Program-made: the position numbers and the translations under genes
The notes under the pieces: model-generated
The model's database searches: none
The model's input: only the letters and a program-made list of their open reading frames with translations
What the model was told of the DNA's origin: nothing
DNA from: an uncultured Acidimicrobiaceae bacterium
GTDB taxonomy: Bacteria > Actinomycetota > Acidimicrobiia > Acidimicrobiales > SZUA-35
Direction: 5' to 3'
Assembly (NCBI GenBank): GCA_964351995.1
Contig: CAYGQE010000028.1
Span: 3,980 to 67,979, forward strand
Length of the DNA stretch: 64,000 bases
Shown: one piece after another, positions 19,889 through 29,687 of the stretch
Layout: every line of letters begins with the position of its first letter
How positions within the stretch are numbered: position 1 is the stretch's first letter

Positions 19889-21075
19889 GTTGGTGCTCCC
19901 GGAATCACATCGAGCTGGTGGACGAGTCCGGCAGCTGTTTTGGTCATGTTCACGTGATCGCCGATCACGGCATTCCGCCGATGGATCGAGATCGCCCGAA
20001 CCATCTCGTTGATCTCCATCCGGCCAAGGGCCGCGCCGAGGCAGAAGTGGCGGCCGAGACCGAAGGCGAGTTGCTGCTTGGGTGGATTCCGTTCGATGTC
20101 GAAACGATGGGGGTCGTCGAAGATGGCCGGGTCACGGTGCGCAGCGGCGATCCGGATCGTCACGAATTCCCCGGCAGTGATCCCGACGTTTCCCACCGAG
20201 GTGTCCTCAGTGACGAATTTGATGGTGTGTCGAATCGCCGGTTCGAAGCGGCCGCACTCTTCGACCGCACGGTCGACCAAGGCAGGGTCGTCGCCGATAC
20301 GTCGGAGGTGCCCGGGGTGTTCGAGAAGGGTCCAGATCGCCAGCCCTGTTGTGTTCGCGGTGTTGTCGACCGATGCGCTGAGGAGTTCCTCAACCAAAAA
20401 CGAGAGGTCGAGCTCGTCCACTTCTCCAGCGGCGACGCTGTTCAACATCAAGGAAATGACGTCATCGCCTGGGTTGGCGCGTCGCTGAGCAATCAAGTTG
20501 TGAGTGAGCTCCGCCATCTCGAGTTTCGCGGCCCGCACTGGTTCGACCATGTCGGCGGTTGCGGTGAAGACGGTCAGCAGTGTCTTGGAGAGCCGAGCAA
20601 GTTGGTCCGCCTCTGACTCCGGCGCGCCGATCATCCAGCAGAACAACCGAGCGGGAACGATGTCGGCGTAGTCGGCCATCACGTCGAAGGGTTTCTCCGG
20701 TTCGCAGTCGGCGAGGAGTTCCTCACACAACGTACGCACCCGGTCGCGGAGCTCTTCAACACGCCGTGCGGTGAACCAGGGTCCGACAACTCGACGCAGT
20801 CGCCGGTGATCGTCTCCCTCTGAGTCGGTCAGCGTTCGCCCGACCTCGCCCCAGAGGGGTTCGATGCCGAAGGTGGCGAGCAGCGGGTCGATGCCGGGTA
20901 CGAGCGCCTTGTTGGCGAACGCCTCTGCAGAGGTGGCGTAGTCGAGGGTGGACCAACCAATGCTGTCGGCCACGATCGGAGTGTTCGCTCGGAGCCGATC
21001 GAACGTCGGGTGTGGGTCGGCAAGGTAGCTTTCATCGGAGACGTCGAGGAAGAGGTTTGGCGCGAGCTCCGTCAT
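19885..21075 (-). CDS. Cytochrome P450
   Basis: ASVDNT I-helix, EECGR and FGLGRHFCLG; likely start MTELAP. Confidence 0.92.
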   Translation of the reverse strand: MTELAPNLFLDVSDESYLADPHPTFDRLRANTPIVADSIGWSTLDYATSAEAFANKALVPGIDPLLATFGIEPLWGEVGRTLTDSEGDDHRRLRRVVGPWFTARRVEELRDRVRTLCEELLADCEPEKPFDVMADYADIVPARLFCWMIGAPESEADQLARLSKTLLTVFTATADMVEPVRAAKLEMAELTHNLIAQRRANPGDDVISLMLNSVAAGEVDELDLSFLVEELLSASVDNTANTTGLAIWTLLEHPGHLRRIGDDPALVDRAVEECGRFEPAIRHTIKFVTEDTSVGNVGITAGEFVTIRIAAAHRDPAIFDDPHRFDIERNPPKQQLAFGLGRHFCLGAALGRMEINEMVRAISIHRRNAVIGDHVNMTKTAAGLVHQLDVIPGAPT

Positions 21076-21262
21076 CACGAGCGAGGTAACCAAGCGAGTG
21101 AGAACGTCGTGCAACGGGCTCGTGAACGTTGCGTTTCCAACGCACTGTTCGTCCGTCAGGTCGTGTTCACAGAGCAGCAACAGGGGCGAAACTTCCGATC
21201 CGTAGCTTCGACCGTGGTCGCCTTGGCAGCGGCGCAGAGTCTTCCGAGCCGAGGTTGAAACC

Positions 21263-21748
21263 ATGCAACACAGTGATGATGTCAAGCACCTAGAACGAAC
21301 GATCGAGCTTGCTGATGAGGCTGCTGCTGAGGGCAACCACCCCTTTGCCTCGGTCCTCGTTGACGCTGATGGCGTGGTGCTCGCCGAGGGCAAGAACGAA
21401 TACCTGATCGACAAAGGACCGGGGCACGCCGAAACGAACCTCGCCCGTCGGGCGGCTCGAGAGTTTCCGATCGAGCAGCTTCGAGGGTCGACGCTGTACA
21501 CCTCGGTCGAACCCTGCTGCATGTGTGCGGGCACGGTCTACTGGGCCGAAATCGGAGCGCTGGTCTTTGGAATGACCGAGAAACGTCTTGGCGAGCTCAC
21601 TGGTGATGACCCGTTGAACCCAACGCAAGACCTCGATTGCCGCACCGTGTTCGCGGCTGGCAAGAACGTGGTCGAGGTGCGCGGTCCGTTCCCTGAGCTC
21701 GAGGAAAAGATCATCGCCCAACACCGCGACTTCTGGACCACCGACTGA
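21263..21748 (+). CDS. Zn-dependent nucleobase/nucleoside deaminase (CDA superfamily)
   Basis: HAE and EPCCMC motifs. Confidence 0.9.
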   Translation: MQHSDDVKHLERTIELADEAAAEGNHPFASVLVDADGVVLAEGKNEYLIDKGPGHAETNLARRAAREFPIEQLRGSTLYTSVEPCCMCAGTVYWAEIGALVFGMTEKRLGELTGDDPLNPTQDLDCRTVFAAGKNVVEVRGPFPELEEKIIAQHRDFWTTD

Positions 21749-21902
21749 AGCGGTTGAACACCGTGCGCTGAGCGATTGATCGTCTTTGAACGGATCAGCG
21801 GCTTCGGCGAGAGTCTGCAGTCCCTACGATGCCGAGGTCTGATCGGGCGGAGTTGCTCGAACTGCTCAGCTGAGCAGCAGTCAACAGCTGAGGAGCCGCG
21901 AA

Positions 21903-22829
21903 GTGTCTGGTTTGCACGTGGTCTTCGCCCAGGAGGCGTTCGTTGCCGAAGGCCCCCTGGCCGAGGTCGTCCTTCCGGTCTGCATCGTGGTCATCATGAT
22001 CGCCATGGGGGCGACGCTCACCGCCGCCGACTTTCGGCGCGTGCTCTCTCGCCCGAAGCAGATCGGCGTGGGGCTGCTCTGCCAGTTGGTCCTGCTCCCG
22101 GTGCTTGGGTTTGCGGTTGCGTGGGCATTCCCTCTGGAAGCAGTGTTTGCGGTTGGCATCGTGCTGTTGGCGGCATCGCCGGGCGGCACGACATCGAACC
22201 TGATCGTGCATGCGGCTGGAGGCGACCGTGCGCTCTCCGTTTCGCTGACTTCGTTGTCCAACGCAGTCGTGTGGATCACGATGCCGATCCTGCTCACGAT
22301 TGCGTTTCGTGCCTTCGATCTCGATGAGGCGTCTGTCGACTTTCCGATCGGTGAGCTGATTCTGCAGATCGCGGCGCTCACGATCATCCCGGTGCTCATC
22401 GGCATGGGGCTTCGCCGCTGGAAGCCCAGTCTTTGCGACCGTTTCGAGCAGCCTTCCAAGATCTTCGCCTCGGTATTTCTTGCCCTCGTGGTGATCGCAC
22501 TCGTGGTAACCAACTGGACAGCGGTCGTCGACAACGCGGCAAAGTTCGCGCCGGCGTTCATCGTGCTGAACTTGGTGGCGCTTGCTGTGGGATACGGAGT
22601 CTCCAAGGCCTTCGGTCTGGATCCTCGACAGGCGTCCACGATCGGGATCGAGACCGGACTGCAGAATTCGACGCTGGCCCTCACGATCGCTGTGTCGGTG
22701 TTGGGCAACAGCGAGTTGGCCATCATTCCCGGTCTCTACGGGGTCTGGATGCTGTTCACCGGCTTTGCCTTCGCCTACCTCACTCGTTCCGGTGACGAGG
22801 CCCGAGCAGATGGTGTCGCCGTGCTCTAG
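21903..22829 (+). CDS. Bile acid:sodium symporter (BASS) family transporter
   Basis: PGGTTSN and IETGLQN motifs; start uncertain. Confidence 0.88.
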   Translation: MSGLHVVFAQEAFVAEGPLAEVVLPVCIVVIMIAMGATLTAADFRRVLSRPKQIGVGLLCQLVLLPVLGFAVAWAFPLEAVFAVGIVLLAASPGGTTSNLIVHAAGGDRALSVSLTSLSNAVVWITMPILLTIAFRAFDLDEASVDFPIGELILQIAALTIIPVLIGMGLRRWKPSLCDRFEQPSKIFASVFLALVVIALVVTNWTAVVDNAAKFAPAFIVLNLVALAVGYGVSKAFGLDPRQASTIGIETGLQNSTLALTIAVSVLGNSELAIIPGLYGVWMLFTGFAFAYLTRSGDEARADGVAVL

Positions 22830-22931
22830 GAACTCACTCCTGTGCTCGGGAACTGGCTCCGATGGGGACCGGTTCATGGTTTTGCTGGGCGCTTGGCAGC
22901 GTCTCAAGTGCCTCACAAAACGGGAGAGCCG

Positions 22932-23984
22932 CTATCCGACGAGTGTTTCGACGCTCCAGCGTGAGGCTTCGTCGGACCCGAAGAGAACGACCTCGTCGCC
23001 AGCCGTCGTGGTGAAGTGCGTGGCGAGCTCATTGTCCATGTCGGTCTTGGTGAGGCGGAGTCGGTGGCTCGGGGGCTCCACCTGGTAGGCAGCACAGCCA
23101 TTGTTCGAGACGAACGCAGCGAGTTGATCGACCGCTCCAGCCCGGTCGAAGACGTCGGCTACTACTTCCAGTCCGTACGCCGCGTTGAAGACTCCTGCCT
23201 TGGCCGTCGGGCCGTACTTCGCTGTGGTGGGGTGTGGGGCCGAATCCGTGCCGAGGAAGAATGACGGGTCGCCGCTGGTGGCCGCGGCGACGAGTCGCTT
23301 CTGGTCAGCCGCCGAGTTGATCACGGGCTTGCAGTAGAGGTCAGGCTTCATGCCGTTGGCGAGGAGATCGGAGCGGTCCCTGGCGAGGTGATGGGGAGTG
23401 ATCGTGGCCACGGCTTGCGGGTGGTCCGCCACGAAGTCAACCCCGGCCGCAGTCGAGACGTGTTCGAGGGTCACGTTGAGTTCCGGCATTCGCTCGCACA
23501 GCGGCACCAGCTCGCGCTCGATGAAGGCAGCTTCGCGGTCGAAGATGTCGATCGCAGGGTCGGTGGCCTCGGCATGTACGAGCAAACGGGCGTCGAACTC
23601 TGCCAGCAGCTCGTAGACCTCCATGAATGCAGCCATCGACGTTCCACCAGCTGCAGAGTTCGTGGTGGCACCGGCGGGGTAGTACTTGATGGCGGTGATC
23701 GTTCCGCTCTCGAGGCCCTGCCGAAGATCGGCGAGGTCGAGCTTGGGCGAACAGTAGAGCGTGAGCAACGGCCGGAAATCCGGCGCGTCGGACGGGGCCG
23801 CGGCCAAGATCCGATCGAGATACGCCTCTGCACTTGCAACGCTGACCAGCGGACTGGCCAGGTTCGGCATCACCATTGCGTAGCGAAATCGGCGAGCGGT
23901 GTAGCTGACGACGGCGTCCAGCATCTCGTCGTCACGCAGATGCACATGCCAGTCGTCAGGAAAAGGAATCTCGATCACGGTCAC
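22932..23984 (-). CDS. pyrC: Dihydroorotase, homodimeric E. coli type
   Basis: DDWHVHLRD, VMPNL, KYYPAGATTNS, EHVST, TPHHL and LGTDSAPH. Confidence 0.9.
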   Translation of the reverse strand: MTVIEIPFPDDWHVHLRDDEMLDAVVSYTARRFRYAMVMPNLASPLVSVASAEAYLDRILAAAPSDAPDFRPLLTLYCSPKLDLADLRQGLESGTITAIKYYPAGATTNSAAGGTSMAAFMEVYELLAEFDARLLVHAEATDPAIDIFDREAAFIERELVPLCERMPELNVTLEHVSTAAGVDFVADHPQAVATITPHHLARDRSDLLANGMKPDLYCKPVINSAADQKRLVAAATSGDPSFFLGTDSAPHPTTAKYGPTAKAGVFNAAYGLEVVADVFDRAGAVDQLAAFVSNNGCAAYQVEPPSHRLRLTKTDMDNELATHFTTTAGDEVVLFGSDEASRWSVETLVG

Positions 23985-23993
23985 CCCTGGAGA

Positions 23994-24586
23994 CTATGTC
24001 GGGACGCTGCATGATGGGGAAGCACGTAAACAGTGACTCGCATGACGGCCCGAACCCCTGCTCTTTGTTCTTCCGGGCACGCTCGAGGGGCGGAACTTGG
24101 TGGTCGGCGTTTGTCGTTTGGCGGTTCGTCCGTCGATGACTTGGAAGACTCGTGGGCTCCAGTACATGCGGTCGTACTGGTCGTCGCCGCAGGGCTCGAG
24201 GAGGCGGAGTTCGACGAGGGCTGTGATCGCGTCGCAGTTGGCTTGGTTGGAGCGGCCGTGGCGTCGGTGGGTATCTGCGGCGGTGAGGATGGGGTACGCG
24301 ATGAGTTGCTCGGCGATCTCGACGGCGATGCGCGCTCGCGGTCTCGCTGTCCGGACGGTGGCGGCGAACTCTTCTCGCAGTGAGAGCAGTCGCATGATGC
24401 GATCGTGTCTGGTGCTTGCTTCAGCGGAGACTGCGGTGGCGAAGAACTCGATCCACGGGGCACAGTCACCCGTTTCGCTGACTGCGAAGAGATGTTGGCG
24501 GTACTCCCAGGTGAACGAGTTCCTTCGGTCGATTCGTTGCGCTGATTGTGTGCTTGGTTCAGACCAGGGGAAGCGAGGCGAGGCAT
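23994..24586 (-). pseudogene. Fic-family protein C-terminal remnant
   Basis: EYRQHLFAVSETGDCAPWIEFFATAV plus a wHTH-like tail; catalytic HPFxDGNGR absent. Confidence 0.55.
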
Positions 24587-24802
24587 CTGGGGCGCCGTCT
24601 GGCGAGCATGGGGGCCGTGCCATCACAGTGCGGTGTGCACCCGGCGACGGCCTCACAAAGAGATGACAGGTCGTTGATCGCGGAGAACCTCCCTGGTCAG
24701 GGCGTCGCTGGCCTTGACAATGCTGACGGGCCTCGGCCGATAACGAATGGGTGACAACGAGGCTGTCGGCGGCTTGAAACGGGCGAAGCGGATGGTGCCG
24801 AC

Positions 24803-25391
24803 ATGGGCATCAACCATCGACTCAGCCGTGTCAGGCATACATCCAAGCGTGCACCCCGCCGTCGTTTGCCGCTCTCTACGTGGCTCGTCGGCGTTCTTGT
24901 GGTCGTCGGCGGGATTGCTGTTTCGATCGAGCCGGAAAACGCTGGGTCGCTTGGTGTGAGTTCTCCATCAAGCGTGGCGGCCGCCTCGATGCCTGATGAG
25001 GTCATGGCTGTTGAGATGGTCGACATGCCTGTCGAGCTGTGGGACGTCGCTGACTGGGCGGTTGGGCTGTTCGAGGAAGCCGGTCTCGATCTGCCTCCGA
25101 TTCGCTTCGTTCATCACGGCGGAGCGACGGAACCGTGCCAGGGGCGTGCGGGGACACACCGTGAGATCGAAGGTGTGAGCGTAATCGACATCTGTGCCAC
25201 TGAGGTGGGTCGCCCAGTGCAAGTGATGGTTCTGCACGAGACGGCGCATGCGTGGACTGCTGCCACTCTCATCCCTGAGCCCAAGCTGGCATTTCAGGAG
25301 CTGCGTAGTTGAACGCAGTGCCGAACTCGAGGCGGGGTATCGGGTGCTCGCTGGCGTCGACCCGCTGCATGGACTGCGTGACTACTACTGA
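24803..25391 (+). pseudogene. Secreted HExxH zinc metalloprotein, probably broken
   Basis: Signal/TM segment and VLHETAHAW. Stop at 25312; a plausible C-terminus (ELEAGYRVLAGVDP) lies in another frame. Confidence 0.45.
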
Positions 25392-25501
25392 ACGGCCCAA
25401 CCGGCCCGGTTCGGACCTGATCGGTGATCGAGGGAAAGTGGAGCGGGTACAAGATCGGGCGCCTCTTGACCAGCGGGACCTCTCCCTTTACCCTTACATT
25501 C

Positions 25502-25747
25502 ATGGCAGAAGTAAAGAAGCGACGTCGAGGCGCTACCACCATCAGTTCAAAGAACCAGATCACGATTCCAGCAGAGGCCCTCCGCAACGCCGGCCTCGAA
25601 GCCGGCGAACGCGTTGTCGCCCGTGCAGACGGTGCTGGTCGCGTCATCCTCGAACGCGAACACGACGTGATTGCTGAGTTCGCCGGAGCATTGACCGGCA
25701 CCTACAACGCCGACGAACTCGACGACCTTCGCTCCGAATGGGACTGA
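25502..25747 (+). CDS. vapB: AbrB/MazE-type antitoxin (VapB-like)
   Basis: TISSKNQITIP..LRNAGLEAGE swapped-hairpin motif; overlaps the PIN gene. Confidence 0.85.
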   Translation: MAEVKKRRRGATTISSKNQITIPAEALRNAGLEAGERVVARADGAGRVILEREHDVIAEFAGALTGTYNADELDDLRSEWD

Positions 25748-26151
25748 CCCACCTCGATGCCGGAGTGATCATCGGCTTCCTCGATAGCGACGACTCCCAC
25801 CACGAGACCTCACGCGCTGCGCTGTCCCATGCGCTCAAGCAAGGCGACCAGCTCTTCATCGCCGCCTCGGCGCTTGCGGAGTGTCTCGTCGGCCCCGCCC
25901 GACGCAGCGCCAAGGCAGTCGAACTCGTCCGCTCAGCGGTTCATCGCCTTCCCGTGGCCGTGGTGGATCTCGACGAAGAGATCGCTACCCAAGCAGCAAT
26001 CTTGCGAGCACGACATCAGACCCTGAAGCTCCCCGACGCACTCGTGATTGCAGCGGCGGCAACTTCCGGCGCAGACCAACTCATCACGACTGACCGGAAG
26101 TGGCCTTCGGCAAAGGCGATGAAACTCGATTTCATGGTCGAGCAACTCTGA
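25738..26151 (+). CDS. vapC: PIN-domain toxin
   Basis: LDAGV, LAE, DALVIA and TTD acidic tetrad. Confidence 0.88.
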   Translation: MGLTHLDAGVIIGFLDSDDSHHETSRAALSHALKQGDQLFIAASALAECLVGPARRSAKAVELVRSAVHRLPVAVVDLDEEIATQAAILRARHQTLKLPDALVIAAAATSGADQLITTDRKWPSAKAMKLDFMVEQL

Positions 26152-26152
26152 C

Positions 26153-26185
26153 TGGAGCGGTTCTTCTAGGCACGCTCCAGGCGCA
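26153..26185 (+). repeat. Deleted att remnant (att3)
   Basis: TGGAGCGG (tRNA 3' end, reverse complement) abuts GTTCTTCTAGGCACGCTC, which is identical to 29543-29560. Confidence 0.6.
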
Positions 26186-26216
26186 GACAGCTGCTGATTG
26201 GCAGCTTGTCCCCCGG

Positions 26217-26489
26217 CTACTCGGCAGTTATGAGATAGGCGTCGAGCGCGTCGCGGATGACTTGGCTCTCTGAGGTGTGTTCGGCTTCGGCCCGCTTCTT
26301 GATTCGTTCTTTGTAGGTCGGTGGTGCCCGGAAGGTCACGACTTCGGCAGCGGCGTCGCCGATTGTGGGTGTGCGGCGGCGGGTCTTCTTGATGGTGGTG
26401 AGCTCGTCGTTGCTGAACTCGTGGTTGGCGAAGTCGTCGGCGATCTTGGCGATCTCTTCGTTGGTGGGTGTGTGTCCTTTGGTTGTCAT
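26217..26489 (-). CDS. Antitoxin with C-terminal ribbon-helix-helix domain
   Basis: RRRTP..VVTFR..SESQVIRDALDAYL. Confidence 0.75.
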   Translation of the reverse strand: MTTKGHTPTNEEIAKIADDFANHEFSNDELTTIKKTRRRTPTIGDAAAEVVTFRAPPTYKERIKKRAEAEHTSESQVIRDALDAYLITAE

Positions 26490-26737
26490 GAGATGTCTCC
26501 GGCGAGGTAGGCCCGGAACACCGGGCGAAGTGGCATGGCGTGGATGATGAGTTCGATGTCGTCGAGTTCGAGGTAGAGAATTTCAAGAAGGTTGGCTGCG
26601 GGATCGGGACCGATGCAGAGACTCTTTGGTGGTTCTGTGTTGGCGTCGATGGTGAAGTGGTCGATGGCGTTGTTCCAGGCGTGGCGGATCTGCGCGTCGG
26701 TCAAGCCGTGTTTGTTGGCTGTCGGATGGATCCTCAC
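26486..26737 (-). CDS. Putative type II toxin (RelE/BrnT-like fold)
   Basis: 83 aa with KHG..IRHA, IGPD..LLEI and IIHAM; overlaps the antitoxin, toxin-first order. Confidence 0.65.
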   Translation of the reverse strand: MRIHPTANKHGLTDAQIRHAWNNAIDHFTIDANTEPPKSLCIGPDPAANLLEILYLELDDIELIIHAMPLRPVFRAYLAGDIS

Positions 26738-27180
26738 TCGCTAAACGTAATACGGATAAGTGCGATTGTCATGCGGCTTTCCTCGATGCCGGCTCGGGCG
26801 CGGAGGGAATTGCTGTAGGCCGCCTTTTCTCTAGCGACCCTTTGGATAGCGGGCCGTTTCCCTTTCGGCTTGTCTGTCAACTGGAAAGGAATTCGAAGAG
26901 TCGAGCCCTCACGTAGGTGACTGCTTGGGCGATCCCACCGAACTTGGATTCTCGAGGATGTCCGCCAAGTTTCGAGTGTGAAACTTGGAATTGGACGCCC
27001 GTAGTCCAAGTCTTGGGGTCTCGGGAAGGACCCTCGCATTACGACCGACTTTGCCACCTGAGCTGCTACCGCTGATCGTCGCGGAATCGAACTGTCGTCA
27101 GTGGCCGAGACTCGATCGGTATCTCGGTTCGGGAAAGCTGGCAGTGCAAGCCTCTGCCGCAAGTCATCTCTCAGGCGAAG

Positions 27181-27228
27181 TGGAGCGGGTACGGGGAATC
27201 GAACCCCGATATTCCGCTTGGGAAGCTG
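27181..27228 (-). repeat. Degenerate tRNA-Gly 3' copy (att2)
   Basis: 46/48 identical to 48502-48549. Confidence 0.92.
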
Positions 27229-27291
27229 CCGGGCGGGTTGGCTGCTGCGACGCCCTGGCCAGGGTTTTCCCTGGTGAGGGTGTGTCGCGGT

Positions 27292-29082
27292 CTAATCCAG
27301 CTGCTCGGTAGGGGCAGGCGTCACCCGGTCCTCTGAGATCACACACAGCTTCCATTTGTTGTGCCGGCTGCGGCGCTTCTTGCTGGTCGGCTCGACTTCG
27401 CCAGCTTCCTCCATGCGGCGGAGCCATCGAAGCACGCCTTCCTTGGTGATGCTCAGTTCTTCGGCGAGTAGCTGGGCGGTCTGGGGGCCGGGTTCGAGGA
27501 TCGCCCGAATCGCTGGTCGGCGATCTTGTCGGGAACGCTGCGGTGGTTTCTCGACCAAGTCCAGGCGCTGCTGGGGCTCGGATTCGTCGGCGCCAGCGAG
27601 GACCCACACAGCCCAGCGTCGGTCGCTCGTCTTGTCCAAGAGGCCCTCGGCTGCCAGCCCGGTGAGCTCACGCGTGGCTGTGAGCGAGTCCGTTCCGGTG
27701 ACCGAGCGGTACTGCTGGTTCGTGATTCGTTGGTTGCGATGCAAGAAGGCGAGGGCCAGACGCTGCCGGTCGTTGAACGAGGCGGTGTCGATGGTCGAGA
27801 GCCATGCGACGGCGTCATCGTCCAGTAGGCCGTGATTGCGGACGACCATTCGGAACTCGCGGACGTTGTCGATGACCTGTGGCGGCTCCATCCCTGCGTT
27901 GCGTAGAGCTGCAGCAGTTGCGAGAAGGCCGGAGCCTCGGTTCTCGCAGACGGTACGGCTTGTTGATTCGATCTCGACGTCCTCGAGAAGCTTTGCAAGT
28001 CGAGCGTTGCGGGATGAGGACACGGGCTCGGCCAGGAGATCCTCGCGGGAAACCGGACCATGCAGGCCCCCTGGGCTTGATACCTCGAGCCGGTCTGGAT
28101 AGAGCGAGACGCGAACCTGGGTGCCGTGGGCCAGCGGGTGGTAGTCGCGGTGCATCAGGGCGTTGGCGACGAGTTCTCGGATCGCCTCTTCTGGGTACTC
28201 CCACCGATCTTCCCGACCGAGCCCAACCACAATCGATCGGCGTTTCATGTTGCGGCGCAGCGCCGCAAGGGTCTCAGCCACCATGAGAGGGATGGGGCCA
28301 TCGATTGACTGGTTGTCCAGAAATCTGGTGCCGTCCTGAAGCGGTTCACCAGAAATCGTGGCGAGAGCCACGAAGGTCACATCGAGTTGCGGTGCGAACT
28401 GCTGAGGGAATCGACCGAGCGCGAGCAGGCCAGCCAGCGTCACGTAGCGAACGCCGTCCCGGCTGGTCGTGACACCCATCATGTCGAGAATCTCGTCGTC
28501 GGAGGCCTCGGAGAACACCTTCCCCCGAGTTGAACGCAGTCGCCGGATGAGAGCGCTCGTGAGCACTGCATCCAGATCGTCGAGAGTCGCTTCTTCGACC
28601 AGGGCTCCGTCATCGTTGGGCTGGCCTCGCGAGGACCGGAGAACGTGAACCTCGTAGGTCGAAAGCGCCCGGTCGCCATCGAAAGTTCTGACAAAGGATC
28701 CCCGCTCGATGCCGCGGGACTTCACGAAGCACGGCTTCTGGGTTGGCGGAAGCTCCTCGACAATGGCAGCGACGACCAAGCGGCCCTCGATCTGGATTAT
28801 CTCGATCTCGGGTCGGATGGGTGGTTCGAGTTGATCGGCGCATGCTGAGGCGAGGTCTGAGGCGAGCTTGCCGGAATCCACCTCGAGCACAGAGAAGTTG
28901 GTGTCCTCGTCAAGGCCCAGAACGATCAAGCCGCCGTCGGTGTTCGAGAACGCTGAGACAGTTTCGACGATCGTCTTCGACAGACCTCCAACAGCGGCCT
29001 TGACCTCGACTGTGGTGAGGTCGGTCCTCGCGGCGCGCAACTTGGGAAGCACGTCGTGGACAAGCGTGTCGAGATCAGGCAA
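27292..29082 (-). CDS. AlbA_2 (Schlafen-like) + HATPase_c_4/RecG-C + wHTH protein
   Basis: VEVK..ETVSAFSNTDGGLIVLG, RELVANALMHRDY, SPGGL, RNARL and ENRGSG; two C-terminal HTHs. Confidence 0.85.
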   Translation of the reverse strand: MPDLDTLVHDVLPKLRAARTDLTTVEVKAAVGGLSKTIVETVSAFSNTDGGLIVLGLDEDTNFSVLEVDSGKLASDLASACADQLEPPIRPEIEIIQIEGRLVVAAIVEELPPTQKPCFVKSRGIERGSFVRTFDGDRALSTYEVHVLRSSRGQPNDDGALVEEATLDDLDAVLTSALIRRLRSTRGKVFSEASDDEILDMMGVTTSRDGVRYVTLAGLLALGRFPQQFAPQLDVTFVALATISGEPLQDGTRFLDNQSIDGPIPLMVAETLAALRRNMKRRSIVVGLGREDRWEYPEEAIRELVANALMHRDYHPLAHGTQVRVSLYPDRLEVSSPGGLHGPVSREDLLAEPVSSSRNARLAKLLEDVEIESTSRTVCENRGSGLLATAAALRNAGMEPPQVIDNVREFRMVVRNHGLLDDDAVAWLSTIDTASFNDRQRLALAFLHRNQRITNQQYRSVTGTDSLTATRELTGLAAEGLLDKTSDRRWAVWVLAGADESEPQQRLDLVEKPPQRSRQDRRPAIRAILEPGPQTAQLLAEELSITKEGVLRWLRRMEEAGEVEPTSKKRRSRHNKWKLCVISEDRVTPAPTEQLD

Positions 29083-29385
29083 GTGAACTCCTCATACAAC
29101 TTGTTGGATCCTACCGCTTAGGTTGTGTGTGGAGTTGTTAGTTGCTGGTTAGTTGACGGCTACCGTCGATCGCGTGGGCCCGCCTATGGTCAAAGATGCA
29201 CCCCAGGCTTCCATCGCAAGAGCAGGCAAGTTGGCCGTTTCCCACTCTCACCTGTCGACACCGCTCACCGGTCTATCACCGAGGGCTCTAGAGGCTCCGC
29301 TCTTTGCAACAGCCGTGCAATTCGCAAAGTTCTCAGCGCAGACGCTGATAATCGGACCCTGCGAGAAGCCGTCTACCAGGGAAAA

Positions 29386-29433
29386 TGGAGCGGGTACGGG
29401 GAATCGAACCCCGGTATTCAGCTTGGGAAGCTG
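29386..29433 (-). repeat. att1, exact copy of the 3' 48 nt of tRNA-Gly
   Basis: Identical to 48502-48549. Confidence 0.96.
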
Positions 29434-29533
29434 CCGGGCGAGTTGGCCAGCGAAGGCTCTGGCCAGGGTTTTCCCTGGTCAGGGTGTGTGTCGTGTGTCG
29501 ACATCAAGCCCCGCTAATGACCCCTCGAAACCC

Positions 29534-29567
29534 CTGTTTTCCGTTCTTCTAGGCACGCTCTAGGCAC
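29534..29567 (+). repeat. Putative integrase arm-type sites
   Basis: CTGTTTTCCGTTCTTCTAGGCACGCTCTAGGCAC, 31/34 identical to 48408-48441; tandem TCTAGGCAC 11 bp apart. Confidence 0.75.
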
Positions 29568-29687
29568 AAAGCCTTCGTGTAGAGGGGCGAACGCTCAGGG
29601 GGAATCTGTAACGGCGGCGACACTTGCTTGTCTGGTTACGTAACACCGACCAGCAGGCGGCTGACGACCAGCGAAGGAAGCAGTTTC

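Larger units (their letters stand above)
27181..29433. mobile_element. Integrase-less islet between att2 and att1
   Basis: Bounded by two tRNA-Gly 3' repeats and carries a single gene. Confidence 0.7.

Noticed and set aside
21076-21534. Long N-terminal extension of the P450 in the ORF track
   Set aside because: It overlaps the deaminase on the opposite strand; P450-like sequence starts near 21075.
26740-27180. 142-aa ORF in the lower-GC spacer
   Set aside because: No recognisable motif or coding bias; probably debris.
27181-29433. Additional tRNA-Gly genes
   Set aside because: Only the 3' 48 nt are present, with no D-arm or 5' acceptor strand, so these are att repeats.
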